From NCBI RefSeq assembly GCF_964194155.1, contig NC_135888.1, forward strand, positions 91,822,001 to 91,886,000: a stretch of DNA of 64,000 nt. The letters run 5' to 3'. A program made the translations under genes and the position numbers. How positions within the stretch are numbered: the stretch's first letter is position 1; the number at the start of each line of letters is the position of its first letter. The notes under the pieces were generated by a model that saw nothing but the letters and a program-made list of their open reading frames with translations, was not told the origin of the DNA and made no database searches. This stretch comes from Cetorhinus maximus. Its lineage: Eukaryota. Shown here piece by piece: positions 63,571-64,000 of the stretch.

Positions 63571-64000
63571 GTTGTATAGTTACCCAGGAATTAGGCTAGG
63601 ATTTTTTAGTCTAACATTTCCTGGGTGACCATTCATGTAAGTAAGCTGGAAGTCTTCAACTGTAACTCAGAGTTGGAAGGCTTTCTCAGGGGTCTCAAGG
63701 AGCAGGGGAATTGTCCATCAGATGTCCAAACTTCCCAGACAATCCCCACAGGATCCTTGCATCGGGACTTCCAAGGCGTCCTGTCGTTTTTGGAAGTATG
63801 TTTGGTCTCCAACCATTTGGAGGCCAGAAGATCTGTGTGGATATGCCTGTTAGCTTTGCTGCAAGCTTCCATTTGCACTTGCAAATATTCTTCTTGATGA
63901 ACCTTTAGTTTTATGTGGTTTTTCATTTATGAGCCTCAGCCAAATTAGGGCCCTATTATTCTATTAAAGTTTTAGATGCTTTCAGTGTTACCCTGAGAAT

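Overview
Eukaryotic, repeat-saturated, gene-poor DNA. The repeat families (CR1 LINEs with a GDSL-esterase ORF1, a second CR1-group LINE with its tRNA-derived partner SINE, Penelope-like elements, many PIF/Harbinger relics) point to a cartilaginous fish, probably a shark; this is inferred from repeat content. I found no convincing host-gene exon, and every interpretable ORF is a decayed transposon or retroviral fragment. The window holds about 8 Harbinger transposase or Myb-SANT relics and 7 complete plus several partial copies of a ~670-bp Harbinger-type MITE (12-bp TIR, 3-bp TSD, two conserved internal hairpins). It also holds a near full-length RTE LINE inside a Harbinger transposase, a CR1 > solo-LTR > Penelope nest, and Penelope pseudo-LTRs with a non-canonical minimal hammerhead ribozyme. 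An LTR-element 3' end has an env with paramyxo/baculovirus-F-like (lokiretrovirus-like) architecture. The best candidates for something new are that F-like env, the hairpin MITE and its repeated association with local templated insertions or rearrangements, and the A6U hammerhead variant. I cannot claim an intact, previously undescribed biological system. Boundaries marked approximate were read by eye.
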